Origin: Octopus vulgaris
Taxonomy: Eukaryota
DNA length: 64,000 bases
NCBI GenBank assembly: GCA_951406725.2
Contig: OX597816.1
Location: 67,580,001-67,644,000, forward strand
Reading direction: 5' to 3'
Part shown: piece after piece, positions 36,934-50,328 of the stretch
How the letters are laid out: every line of letters begins with the position of its first letter
Position numbering within the stretch: the first letter of the stretch is position 1
Position numbers and translations under genes: made by a program
The notes under the pieces: generated by a model
Told to the model about the DNA's origin: nothing
Databases searched by the model: none
The model's input: the letters and a program-made list of their open reading frames with translations, nothing else

Positions 36934-37282
36934 GTGAAAGCGCATAGCTGAGTGGTTAGAGTATTCGGCTCACGGTCCGAAGGTCGTGAGTTCGATTCCT
37001 GGCGACACGTTGTGTCCTTGAGCCAGACGCTTTATTTCATGTTGCTCAAGTCTACTCAGCTGGGAAAAAATGTGTTGTACTTGTAATTCAAAGAGCCAGC
37101 CTTGTTACATTTTGTGTTACGCTGAATACTCCCCACCTTCACCTACCACCATCACAAACTATGATAAAGGTATGCATGTCTGTGGAGTGTTCATTCACTT
37201 GTACGTCAATTACACGAGCAAGTTGTTCTGTTGATCGGATCAACTGGAACCCACGTTGTCGTAAATGATAGAGTGCCAGTAT
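36934..37282 (+). mobile_element. SINE family D-related
   Basis: tRNA-like head with GAGTTCGATTCC B box and the same core. A related copy is at 39276-39570. Confidence 0.75.
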
Positions 37283-38028
37283 GGCATTCAATGTTCTATT
37301 TTCAAATCCCACCGAGGCCATCTTCACCTTTCATCCTCTTTCATCCTTTCGGAGTCTATAAAAAGTATCAATCCAGGGCGGCAGTTTCAGTAGTGTAGCT
37401 CGAGTGTGTGCCGCCCGGGGTAGACCTTGACTTTACTGCACTCACCACCCCCACTCCAGAAAAAGTACAAGCTTCTACAGTAGATCCCAAAGTGCTGTCC
37501 ATACATAAAAAAAACATCTCCTGGGTCGGACTGTTCCAACTCCAGCTATGCTGCTGGCGATTTGGCGGAACAGTAAGGACGACAAACCGGCTGTCATGTG
37601 ATATGAGTTCCGACGCCTCGCGCTCTGAGTTAGAATCACTCAGTGGTCTTCTTGGGTGGTAAATTTAATTCGCCGCCCGACTTTATGTCACCTGGCACTT
37701 TGTCTACATTTAGTAGAGTCCACTCTGATGCAAACATTCAGTCCAGATCTCTGGTTTGAGAATGTCTTTCCCCATCCTTTCCACTAGTTTCAAAGGCCAT
37801 GTGAAGGGACTTGAGCAGGGCCTCTCCTCCTGAACAATATATATGAAATAAGCAGTTAGGCAGGCATTAGATGTGAGGTTAAGAAGCTCGCTTTGCAACC
37901 ACGTGGTTGCGTGTTCAGTTCCGCTGCACGAGACCTTGGGCAAGTGCAGTCTAGCCCCGGCCAACTAATGTCTTGTGAATGAGTTTAGTAGACGGAAACT
38001 ATATGGAATTCCCGTGACTTAACGTAAA

Positions 38029-38447
38029 TAAGGCGGCGAGCTGGCAGAAACGTTAGCACGCCGGGCGAAATGCTTAGCGTTATTTCGTCTGCCGCTACGT
38101 TCTGAGTTCAAATTCCGCCGAGGTCGACTTTGCCTTTCATCCTTTCGGGGTCGATTAAATAAGTACCAGTTACGCACTGAGGTCGATGTAATCGACTTAA
38201 TCCGCTTGTCTGTCCTTGTTTGTCCTATCTGTGTTTAGCCCCTTGTGGGTAGCAAAGAAATAGGTATTTCGTCTGCCTTTACGTACTGAGTTCAAATTCC
38301 GCCGAGGTCGACTTTGCCTTTCATCCTTTCGGAGTCGATTAAATAAGTACCAGTTATGCACTGGGGTCGATGTAATTGACTTAATCCCTTTGTCTGTCCT
38401 TGTTTGTCCTCTCTATGATTAGCCCCTTTTGGGCAATAAAGAAATAG
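38029..38447 (+). mobile_element. SINE family B (tRNA-like head), internally duplicated
   Basis: AAGGCGGCGAGCTGGCAGAAACGTTAGCACGCCGGG...GAGTTCAAATTCCGCCGAGGTCGACTTTGCCTTTCATCCTTTCGGGGTCGAT. More than 10 copies in the window. Confidence 0.9.
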
Positions 38448-38679
38448 GAAACTATATGGAATCTCGTCATATAACATATGCGTGCGTGTGTGTGTTAGAT
38501 AGTTTTTGTACCCGTGTCTGTGCTCCCCACTGCTTGACAACTAGCGTTGGTTTGTTTACTTCCCGTGACTTAACGTAAAAAGAAGGAAAAAGACAGAATA
38601 GAAATATGGACCTTTGTAAGCTTTTGATTATTTTTGATCAGAGCTTAGCTGGGGCCAAACAACATCAACGTTCCTTAGA

Positions 38680-38830
38680 TTTGGAGAAGAAAGGCGGGAA
38701 GACCACGCAGGAGTTGGAATGAAGATTTTGTTAAATTCTTCGGCACCCAAACATGGATGAGGAAAACATCAAACTATGGTGGGTGGAGAGAACAAGCTGA
38801 GGCCTTCGTCCAGCTGTGGACTGAACATAT
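38680..38830 (+). mobile_element. RTE LINE extreme 3' fragment
   Basis: GRPRRSWNEDFVKFFGTQTWMRKTSNYGGWREQAEAFVQLWTE matches the RTE C-terminal pattern. Confidence 0.6.
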
Positions 38831-39172
38831 GCACGGGTTAAAATGTACCTTACATAAGGCTACAACAGCAACGTTTAAAAACACATTAACCATGTGGTAT
38901 CAGTTATGGTTATATTATTGAGCTTCTAACAGGAAATTTGAATTTTGATCAACACAGGATACATAGTATTTTTCGATAGAACAAAACACAAAAGACAAAA
39001 AGGAACCTCTACGTGTGGTCGAAGGCATGGTTGTAGGGGTGGGGTTAAGAAGCTCACATTGTAGTCACGGGGTTTCGTGTTCAGTTCCGTGCTGCGCAAC
39101 ACCTCAATATTTTCTGAGAAGATTTGGTAGACGGATAGTGTGTGGAAGTCCATCACCACGTGCACACACACA

Positions 39173-39280
<108 letters not shown>

Positions 39281-40274
39281 CGCGTGGCTTAGTGTTTTCG
39301 GTTCACGGTCTTAAGTTCGTGAGTTCGATTCCTGGCGGCACACTGTATCTTTTGAGTAGTTGCTCCAGCATTCTCAGCAGGCAAAAATGAGTTGTACTTG
39401 TTAATTGTCCTTATAAGCCAAAATGAATTGTCCCTGTAAGCTGTCCCTGTAAGCCAGCTTTGTCACATTGTTTCACACTGAATCTCCCTGAGAAATACGT
39501 CAAGAGTACGCGTGTTTGTTTAACTGATCAACTGGAACACTCGTCGTCGCAAACCAACGGAGTACCAGTTATATATATTTATGAATGCGTGTGTGTGATT
39601 CTCCCCGACTGCTTGACAACCTGTGTTGATATGCTTATGTTCTTGTATCTTAGTTTTTAAATTTTGGCACCTATTCATTCTATCGGAAACTTTTGCCGAA
39701 CCGCTAGTTCTTAGATCAGATTCTTTCGACTAAACCCATCATAGCTGCAGTCTCATGACTGAAATTAGTAAAAGCTAACAATTCTTTTAATCCTGCGATC
39801 TGAAAAACTTGCTAGATCATCGAACAGAATATAGTGTAGTATTCGTTTTTCATCGTTCCGAGTTCAAATCGTGGTGAGGTCAACATTAACGTTTAGCTTT
39901 TCAGGTTCTATAAACAAAATACTAGTCAACGGTTATGGAATGATGGAAATATGAGCGATGCCTTGCGATATCTGTACCGATTTTATGTTTCGCATGCTAA
40001 ACCACCTGCTAGATTACAAGAGTGGAATATGGAATTTTCTTATACTTTTTTATTGCCCACAAGGGGCTAAACATCAAACCTTCCAGTGCACTTCTATATA
40101 ACTTTGCATAAAACACACACACACACACACTTTAGCGACTGAGGTACTATTAATACCGCGAGGTAATATCTATCGCCGCTTAAATTATATTACAGTAGCG
40201 GCCATGGTAGAAACTCTCAAATTGGCTTTGTGTGCGCGTTTATATATATTTTCTTTTTTCTTTTCTTTTATTCG

Positions 40275-40419
40275 TCATTCAGTCATTTTGACAGCGGCCA
40301 TGCTGGAGCACTGCCTTTGGTCGAGCAAATAAGCGTAGTACTTATTCTATCGGTCTCTTTTGCCGAACCGCTAAGTTACGGGGACGTAAAAACACCAGCA
40401 TCGATGTCAAGCGATGTTA

Positions 40420-40455
<36 letters not shown>

Positions 40456-40590
40456 AATCAACTCACAAGGCTTTGGTCGGCCCGAGGCTATAGTAGAAGA
40501 CACTTGCCCAAGGTGCCACGCAGTGGGACTGAACCTGGAACCATGTGGTTGGTTAGCAAGCTACTTACCACACAGCCACTCCTGCGCCTA
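40275..40590 (-). mobile_element. SINE family A with internal deletions
   Basis: Family motifs. Confidence 0.85.
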
Positions 40591-41319
40591 TATATATATA
40601 GGGGCTAAACATAGAGGGGACAAACAAGAACAGGCGAAGAGATTGAATCGATTATATCGCCCCCAGTGCGAAACTGGTACTTTATTTATCGACCCCGAAA
40701 GGATGAAAGGCAAAGTTGACCTCGGCGGAATTTGAACTCAGATATATATATATACATTATACATACAAGCATACACACACATATACATTTGCGCGCGTCT
40801 GAGTGCAAGAGAGAAAGAGAGAGAGGGGGAGAGCGAAGGAGTATGCGCACGCGCGTGTAGGAATGTCGGAATCATTGAAATTGTAAGAAATAGATGTCAA
40901 ATGAAACAATGATAAGATGAAATATACACGCATGATAGGGAGTGGCTAATCACCTGACATTCTACATCATTAGACAAACTCATTAGAATAGGAGGTGGGA
41001 GGTGTCGCGTGGTTTTTCTTCAGTAAGGTCTCTACACATTCTGTTTGCCTATGTGTATACTTGTGTGTGTATGTGTGTGTGTGTGTGTGTGTATGTGTTT
41101 GTGTGTGTGTGTGAGTGTGTGTGTTTTGTATCGGTCTATATTAAGGTGTTAGTAGTGTTGTAGTACACGTATGAGTGTCTGTTAACAGTGTAGTGCAGGT
41201 GTTTTGGTGCATGGTGGTGGTGATGTGGTGGGTATACGCCTGTGATTTTCTGGTGTTTGTATGTGTTTGTATGTTTGTACGTGTGTGTGTGTTTGTATGT
41301 TTGTACATGTGTGTGTGTT

Positions 41320-41672
41320 TGTGTTGGTGTTGTGCTGTGTGTGTGTGTGTGTGTTAGTGCTGTGCTGTGTGTGTGTGTGTTAGTGCTGTGCTGTGTGTGT
41401 GTGTGTTAGTGCTGTGCTGTGTGTGTGTGTGTTGGTGTTGTGCTATGCGTACGTAAGTGTGTGTATGTGTGTGTTAATGTGCTAAGCGCACGCGTGTTTG
41501 TATGTTTGCACGTATGTGTGTGAGTGTGCGTATGTGTGCTGGTGTTGTGCTGTGTGTGTGTGTTGGTGTTGTGCTGTGTGTGTGTGTGTTGGTGTTGTGC
41601 TGTGTGTGTGTGTTGGTGTTGTGCTGTGTGTGTGTTGGTGTTGTGCTAAGCGCTTGTGTGTGTGTGGTGTTG
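41320..41672. repeat. (GT)n-TTGGTGTTGTGCT compound minisatellite
   Basis: Repeated ~20-25-nt units. Confidence 0.9.
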
Positions 41673-42082
41673 GTATTTGTGACGCATGTATGTTTGTATC
41701 AGTTAACATTGTAGAGTAGGTGTCGCGGTATACATATGCGTGTGTGCTGTTATTGTGAAGTTTGTAGTCGTATATGCATATGATAGTGTGTGCGTGTTGG
41801 TGAAGCCTACATCTGCACTAACTCCAACGCATTCAACTCACACATACACAGCTCACACACACACATACCGACGCTATGTAGACGCTGTCCAACTGTCTTC
41901 ATAGTGTTATGTGGGTGTGCATGATTATGTGTGTGTCTGTGTGCGTGTGTATGAGCATGATAAGGATGATGATGTATATATCTTAAAACCTATCAAAGTG
42001 GTGTGTGTGTGTATGTGTGTGTTTATTGAACAGAATACATAGATGTGCTTCATGAGGCTACAACTTATATTATAACCCTATC

Positions 42083-42220
<138 letters not shown>

Positions 42221-42343
42221 TTCGACAATGGCTCGAAATTGTAATGATCTTTGACAGATAAGTGATGGGAGATGAGCGTGTCCACGTCTTTTGTTTGTGT
42301 TTTCTGTGTTCCTTTGTCGTCTGCCTGTGCAACCATTTATTTC

Positions 42344-42377
<34 letters not shown>

Positions 42378-42636
42378 TATGCATACACACGCGCTCGCGT
42401 ATGTGTACACCTTGGTGTCAAATTCCGCCGACGTCCATTTTGCCTTTCTTCCTTTCGGGGCCGATAAGTAGCAGCTGAGCTACGAGATCGATGTAATCGA
42501 TTGGCCTCCTTCCCTGAAAATTTCAGGCCTTGTGTCCATAGTAGAAAGGAGTCTTGAGCGTGTTTCAGTTGTTTGACTGCGGCCATGCTGGGATACCACT
42601 TTCGACTCTATTTTAGTTTGTAACTAGTTCTCTATC

Positions 42637-42795
42637 GTAGGAGTGGCTATGTGGTAAGTAGCTTGTTTACTCACCACGTGGTTCCGGGTTCACTTCCACT
42701 GTGTGGCACCTTGGGCAAGTGTCTTCTACTATAGCCTCGGGCCAACCAAAGCCTTGTGAGTGGATTTGGTAAACGGAAACTGAAAGAAGCCCGTC

Positions 42796-42855
<60 letters not shown>

Positions 42856-43070
42856 GTATGTGTCTATATGTTTGTGTGTCTGTGTTTATCCCCTAACATC
42901 GCTTGACAACCGATGCTGGTGTATTTACGTCCCCGTAACTTAGCGGTTCGGCAAAAGAGACCGATAGAATAAGTACCTGGCTTACAAAGAATAAGTCCTG
43001 GGATCCATTTGCTCGACTAAAGGCGGTACTCCAGCATGGCCACAGTCAAATGACTGAAACAAGTAAAAAA
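42637..43070 (+). mobile_element. SINE family A, full length
   Basis: Family motifs. Confidence 0.9.
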
Positions 43071-43440
43071 GTATCGCATCATTGAACCCACTGCTCACTG
43101 ATTTTAGACCTCTGTTTAATTAAAGTCTTTAAGCTACCCTCATTTTAAGTTTACCACCCGCAAATTCGAAATCGACTTCATATTACCCCTACTGGTTACC
43201 TCAAACCTATTTCCATACACCTTGCTCTATTACTACCAAAAGTTTCCAGTGGGGTGGATCTGAAACCGCATGGGGGTAAGAGGAAAGTACCTTTCTGCTA
43301 CCACCCAAGGGGAATTTGGAATCGATTTCATTCTATCCCCCACGTAAGCTAAATGTAATTTCAAGTTACCTGTAGGTAAGATGAAGTAAAGGTAACTGGA
43401 AAAATCGATGCACCAGTATTAACGTAAACACCTTTCCGCC

Positions 43441-43533
43441 TATCTATCCGTCCGTCCGTCCGTCCGTCCGTCCGTCCGTCCATCCATCCATCCATCCATC
43501 CATCCATCCATCCATCCATCCATCCATCCATCC

Positions 43534-43597
<64 letters not shown>

Positions 43598-43619
43598 GGA
43601 TAGAAAGATAGTTAGATAA

Positions 43620-43672
<53 letters not shown>
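43441..43672. repeat. (TCCG)n(TCCA)n(TCTA)n followed by inverted (GATA)n
   Basis: Direct inspection. Confidence 0.95.
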
Positions 43673-43674
<2 letters not shown>

Positions 43675-44029
43675 GCTTCCGAACAAAATCCCGGCCACAT
43701 GAACTGGGGAGCCAGAAGCACAGGATGCAGCTTACTGATATCGAACGTGGATCTAAATGGTTGTGAAGCGAACTTCTTTACGCAGTCAAACACACACACA
43801 CACACACACACATACACACACACACACACACACTGTACAGGCAAACACATATATCTATCTGCCTATGTTTGTGTGCGTGTGTGTATAGATATCTATGTAA
43901 GCACGTATCTATTTGAATGTACACAAAAACATGCACTGAGACACGTAACTAGATAAATAAAAAAAATCTTGTGATCGGATTAAATACGGGGAAATTCTAT
44001 GAAAGAAATCATGATTGGAGGAGGGTTAA

Positions 44030-44216
44030 TTATTAGCAGGAAGAGAGAGAGGGTAAGAGAGAAGTGTGAATTGAGAGAGAGAGAGAGTGTGTGTGAGTGA
44101 AAGAGGGCGGGCTTAAAAGAAGGTGCATGAATGAAGAAGAATAGATGTACACGAAATTAAGATAAGTATGAGGAAGGACATTTGCTGAAGTAGCAGGTAG
44201 AGCGAGAGAGAGAAAA

Positions 44217-44269
<53 letters not shown>

Positions 44270-45391
44270 AAGAGAGAGAGTGAGAAAGAGAAAACAGAGA
44301 AGGGAGTACGAAAGAGGAAGAGAATGCGTGCGCGGGCGAGTGTGCGTAAGTGTGTGTGTGTGAATGAGCGAGTCAGCGAGTAAGAGAGGGAGAGAGAGGA
44401 AGAGTATGTTAGTCGTTTAAAAAAGAAAAAAAAAAGCGTTGTCTGAAAAGCGGATTACTCGAGTGCCGTTACGAAAGTGTTTGCCTTATTGGAGTTAAAA
44501 TCAAACTTGGGAATTTACTGAAAAGCATACACACTTATTTAATATATGCATATATACACACGCATACTCACGCAAGCACACACTCTCACATACCCACATA
44601 ACTACATACACACATACATTAACATATATAGATATAGATATATATAAGTATACATACATGCGTGTATTTATTAAAGAGAGCAAGCAACACAACAGCAACA
44701 AGTTAGACGGGGGAAAAACAAACCCACCTAAAACAACAACCACTACCACCATCAGAATTACTGCCAACAACAACAACAACCACAACAACAATATCAGCAG
44801 CATTCAAAATCATTTATAAGTAACGAAGTATTCCAGAGCGGAGCATTTAGCGAAATCGCTCAAGTTCGCTCAACAAATATTAAATATTACACCCTTACAC
44901 ACAAGACCTCTACACGCACGAACATATATATATATATACATATAACTTAAATATATATACATATATCATACACCTATACACGTATTTACACAGCATATTC
45001 TTTAATCAAACGCACGTGTTGTGTATATAACACATACAACTCAATATATAATAATAATAATTATTATTATTACACACGGACGCACACACACACACACGCA
45101 CCACACATTGTACATATGTTTCTTTTCACAGAATGGATATACCATTTAATTTCAAAAGAGTCAGTGTCTTGACTTTCCATCGTCCAGTGCTAATAAAACA
45201 AACGCACGTTTTCATTATATAGTTTAATAAGAAAAGATAAAGAGTAAGAGACGTAACTTTTTTTTTTTTACATTTCCGTGGCTTAATAGCCACCAACCCA
45301 AACATATCCAATAATTAATATATATATATATTATATATTATATATCATATATATATATATATTTTATATATATTTAATATCATAAGTATTC
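44030..45391 (+). promoter_or_regulatory. Candidate promoter and long 5' UTR of the signal-peptide gene
   Basis: GGGCGG box at ~44105, GAGA tracts at ~44205-44290 and CpG-containing unique sequence at 44325-44480. No recognisable SINEs between ~43080 and ~46570. TSS not determinable. Confidence 0.4.
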
Positions 45392-45482
45392 ATGGCGCCT
45401 TACACAACATTAGGGTTTTTAAAAAGAGCGGTTGCTTTACTCTTGTTGTACGTCACATACGTGAAATGCTTCGCACCTGAAG
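45392..45482 (+). CDS. Putative first coding exon of a secreted or membrane protein (signal peptide MAPYTTLGFLKRAVALLLLYVTYVKCFAPE, phase-1 intron)
   Basis: ATG followed by G, 30 open codons with basic residues then a hydrophobic core and a plausible VKC/FA cleavage site, ending exactly at a consensus donor AG|GTAAGT. It follows about 1 kb of SINE-free sequence. Confidence 0.72.
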
Positions 45483-45715
45483 GTAAGTTTGCTTTGCTTT
45501 ATCTATCTACCTAGTTAAAAAAAAATACAGTCTCGTTTAAGATGTTGTATCTGAGGAAATACAGCTGTTATTTTAGCGCAAAACTGCGTGTGTGTGTGTG
45601 TGTGTGTGGGGGGGGGATGTGTGTGTTTGTAAGACAAGCAGTAATACTTCTTGCACATCAATTGATAAGATCTCTTGATTGAGAGATAGATTGAAGTGTG
45701 TCTGTGTGTACATGC

Positions 45716-45746
<31 letters not shown>

Positions 45747-46087
45747 CAAATGCATATATACATGCATATATGTTTATATATATATGTATATATATATATA
45801 TATATATATACATACAAATGCACATATACATGCATATATATGTTTATATATGCGAATAAGAATGTATATATATATATATACATACATACATTCTTATTCG
45901 CACCCCCGGCAACCGTGGTTGCCTACTGTAAAATATAAACAGAACATTCTTTAATTTATCGTACTTCGATAAGAAAACAAAATCACAACCTTCCGTCTCA
46001 GTAAACCACTATTGTTCCAGGAAGTTGTTTTATATATTTACTACGTATTGCTTGAAGCTAACTGTTTTCCTACACCTCGATCCTTGA

Positions 46088-46132
<45 letters not shown>

Positions 46133-46573
46133 GTTATATTATATTATATCATATTATATTATATTATATTATATTATAAGTACATAGTTGTGTATGAGTA
46201 TACATATATAATTTATGTACATGTGTGTATATTTGCGTATATATCTGTGTGTATGCATTCATAAACCATTGCAGGGCATGATATAATCATCAAAATTTGT
46301 GTTTAGAATGTGAAGGACTAAATAAATAAATACCGCACATTACCCCCGGCTCTCTGTCGATTCAGTTTACGAAATATTAGTTTTTGTATTTGTCATTTTG
46401 CATTACCGAAAGAAGAAACATCACTAAAACAAAATCGCAAAATTTGCATGCTGTGGCTGTGTGTATCATCCTTCTTGTTGATTTAGCCCTCACACAATGA
46501 AAGCCTTGTTAACTTTGACAATCTCATGAATAGAAAAGGGTTTGCGAGAGCGAAGGGCCCAGCCGTTTCTTCC

Positions 46574-46614
<41 letters not shown>

Positions 46615-46629
46615 TAATAATAATAATAA

Positions 46630-46809
46630 GGGCCCCACCTGCAAGGTCATGCGCTGTTTACCTTGATATGAGATCACCATGTCGCGCACATATGGTTGTG
46701 ATGCATGTGCCTGGTGTACCCTTATCAGACGGGTAGTCATGATGGGTATATTGGGCTTCGTATATTTTACCCCAGTGTCACTTTGATGGCATGAACTGCT
46801 CTCTCACTC
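46630..46809 (+). mobile_element. 5'-truncated copy of the (AAT)n-embedded retroposon
   Basis: Matches ~35793-35971 with the same 3' end CTCTCTC(A/G)CTC(AAT)n. Confidence 0.75.
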
Positions 46810-46839
<30 letters not shown>

Positions 46840-46840
<1 letters not shown>

Positions 46841-47562
46841 TCTTGTGTAGGCACAAGACCCGAATTTTTATGAGAGTGGGGCGAGTCGATTGCATCAACC
46901 TCAGTGCTCAACTGGTACTTATGTCATCGACCCCGAAAAGATGAAAGGCTAAGTCGACCTCGGCGGCATTTGAACTAGAATGTAAAGACGGAAGAAATGC
47001 CGCTAACTATTTTGTCCGACTCACCAACAATTCTTCCATCTCGCCGCTTTTTATAATAATCCTTTCTATTGAAAGCACAAGGCCTGAAGTCTTAGGGAAG
47101 GGGATAAGTCGATTACATAGACCTCCAGTGTTTCACTGGTACTTTATTTATCGATCCCGAAATGATGAGAGTTAAAGTCGACCTCAGCGGAATTTAATAA
47201 TAATGATCCTTTCTACTAAAGGGACAAGGCCTGAAATTTGTGGGGAGGGGACTAGTCGATTAGATCGACCTCAGTGTTTCACTGGTACTTAATTTATCGA
47301 TCCCGAAAGGATGAAATGCAAAGTCGAGATCGGCGGAATTTGAATAATAATAATAATAGTCCTTTCTACAAAAGGCTCAAGGTCACTAGTTTCGAGGAAG
47401 GAGATAAGACGATTACATCAACCCCAGTGCTCAACTGGTACTTATTTTATCGACCCTGAAAGGATGAAAGGCAAAGTCAACCTCGGCAGAATTTGAACTC
47501 AGAATGTAAAGACGGATGAAATGCCGTTAAGTATTTTAGCCCGTTAACGTTTCTACCAGCTC
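46840..47562 (-). mobile_element. SINE family B, four head-to-tail copies
   Basis: Repeated CTGGTACTT...CGA(C/T)CCCGAAA.GATGAAA...GTCGACCTCGGCGGAATTT units joined by short (AAT)n. Confidence 0.85.
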
Positions 47563-47669
47563 GACCCCTTTTTAGGACTTTTTTTCCCTTTCATTAATAT
47601 GCAGAAAGCAACATAATCGACTTCACTACTCCCATCAAATGTTGTGCCCTTATTTATAAGCTTGAAATT

Positions 47670-47734
<65 letters not shown>

Positions 47735-47839
47735 GTAATGTCTTCGACGTGACATACAACATGAATTGACTGTTTTCAAAAAAACCTAAATACCTGTCGG
47801 AGATCATCGCTGGAGGTCAGGCTTGAGCAGATCTCTTCT

Positions 47840-47903
<64 letters not shown>

Positions 47904-49889
47904 GGGGGGAGAGTCTGTTTGTGTGAACAGGAGAGAAAAAAGAGAGAGGAAGAAATGAAGCCAGTACTGGACTGGTACTTTATTTCATCAGCCCCGAGGG
48001 GACGAAAAAGTAACATTGACCTCGAAAGAATTTGATCCCAGAAAGCCCGAACAAATACTGCAAGACATTCTATTCCGACACTTTAACAACTAACTATTCA
48101 TTCATTCATCTACCCACCTACCTACCTACCTACCTACCTACCTACCTACCTATGTATTCATAGGCGTGACAGTGTGGTTGAGAAACTTGCTTCCCGACCA
48201 CATGGTTTCGGGTTCAGTCACACTGTGTGGCACCTTGTGGCACCGACTGAAATCATGTTTTGAAATTGCGTGATTGTTGTAAATGTATGTCGTCCATTTC
48301 CACGGTTCTGGTTATAAGGAAATATTATCCTGCTTGGAAAGGATTAAGGGTTGGCGACAAGATGGGCATCCGGTTATAGAAGATTTGCCTCAACAAATTC
48401 CGTCTGACCCATGCAAGCATAGACAAGTAGACGTCAAAACGACGATGATGTTGATATGTACATATGTATGTGTGTGCAAGTTGTGTTTCGTTTTTAATTG
48501 TTTGAATTCTTGCTATAAAGAAGGAGTTGGTTTCCAACAGAGAATTATATCCCCATCGTTGAAACTTAATGACAACAGTTTTGCTTACAGGTTGTATTTG
48601 CTTACAGGTTGTATTTGCAAACTGCGTGTGTGTGTATGTTTCTGTTAGCTGGTCATTTTCATTTTTCTCGAAACAGCCAGATTTTCGGGATTATCGCTTA
48701 GATGTTTATTACCATGGCCAAGCTGCAGATATATAATCATAGATACAACTGTAAATTTATGATCTATATAAAGAAATTATAGGCTCTGAAGAAGTCCTCC
48801 GTAAACGTTATTTTTCTCGCTAATTTTGAAAGAAATGTTCACATCAGCAGGGAATCTGAACTTAATAATTACATAGTTGTTTCTAAACGATTATATCAGG
48901 TCTGTACTGTTTGCATTTAATAGCAGTTGTTTGTTATAGGAGTGTTAGACCAATATTCCTTTTGCTTAAACGCATGTATTTAACAACAGAAATACTTTCT
49001 CTATCTCGGAGGTGTCTTTTCTACGGATAACATTGTATTTTGTTTTAACAACAGTATCATATTGCATTGGTAAATGTTAATCATGTGTAATATCACCTAA
49101 AGAAATTGGCACAATCAACATTTTTGGTTGTATCTTGGGGTTGTCCCTTTTAATCGTTAGGTATTTTGTAACTATCTCCTGCTCTTAGAAAGCAAAAGCA
49201 TGACCTTCAAAATTGTGACGTAATCTAACTTTCCCAAGGTCAAGAGAGGTAATACTTCCTGTTAATATTAGCTTCATTCTCAAGTTCACGTAAAACATTC
49301 CTTTGTTTTATTATGCAAAGTGTTTCTCCTCTAAATTCTTCTTTGAGGTAGGCTAATCCAGCAGTTTTAGGGTCGCATGGTACGTCATCGAGAAGTGAGT
49401 ACTTCTCGAGTTCACTTCCGACTTGTTAAGACGTTGTTCTCTTCAGTTTTAAGCAGCTGGCTGGTTGATGTAATGTATGTATTTTTGCTGCTGTTGTTTA
49501 GTAGATACCGTCTAAGTGATGCCATACCACAAAAATTATTTCGACTAATTTCAAACCTCTTTACTTATAAATGTCTATGTTTGTATGTATGCATATATGA
49601 TTTGGTGAACGAATATGTCGCTCTTGAATATATCATACTTGAATAGGTCGTTCTTTTGGATTTATTTAATATTTTCTTCTGTGCAGAATTCAAGCCGGTC
49701 ACTAACAAAGGGACAAGGCTCTTTTGCTTAAGTCAACACAGCTCTTAAGGTTTGTGGCTATGAGGATGTGCGGATAAACTTACTCTCGTGCTGTGGGTGT
49801 GCATGTCACGTTAGAACACAAGTGTGTAGGTTTCATTACGCGTGTGCATGCATTCGCACACACGTACATGCATACACACATATATTAAA

Positions 49890-50265
49890 CTCTTTAACTT
49901 GTTTCAGTCATTTGACTGCGGCCATGCTGGAGCACCACCTTTAGTCGAGCAAATCGACCCCAGGACTTATTCTTTGGAAGCCTAGTACTTATTCTATCGT
50001 TCCCTTTTGCCGAACCGCTAAGTTACGGGGACGTAAACACACCACCATCGGTTGTCAAGCGATTTTGGTGGGGGACAAACACAGACACGCAAACATATAC
50101 ACAGGCATACATATACATATATACAAATATACGAAGGAGCTTCTTTCAGTTTCTGTTTACCAAATCCACTCACAAGGCTTTGGTCGACCCGAGGCTATAG
50201 TAGAAGACACTTGCCCAAGGTGCCACGCAGTGGAATCGAACCCGAAACCATGTGGTTGGTAAGCA
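49890..50265 (-). mobile_element. SINE family A
   Basis: Family motifs. Confidence 0.88.
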
Positions 50266-50278
50266 AACACACACACGC

Positions 50279-50328
<50 letters not shown>

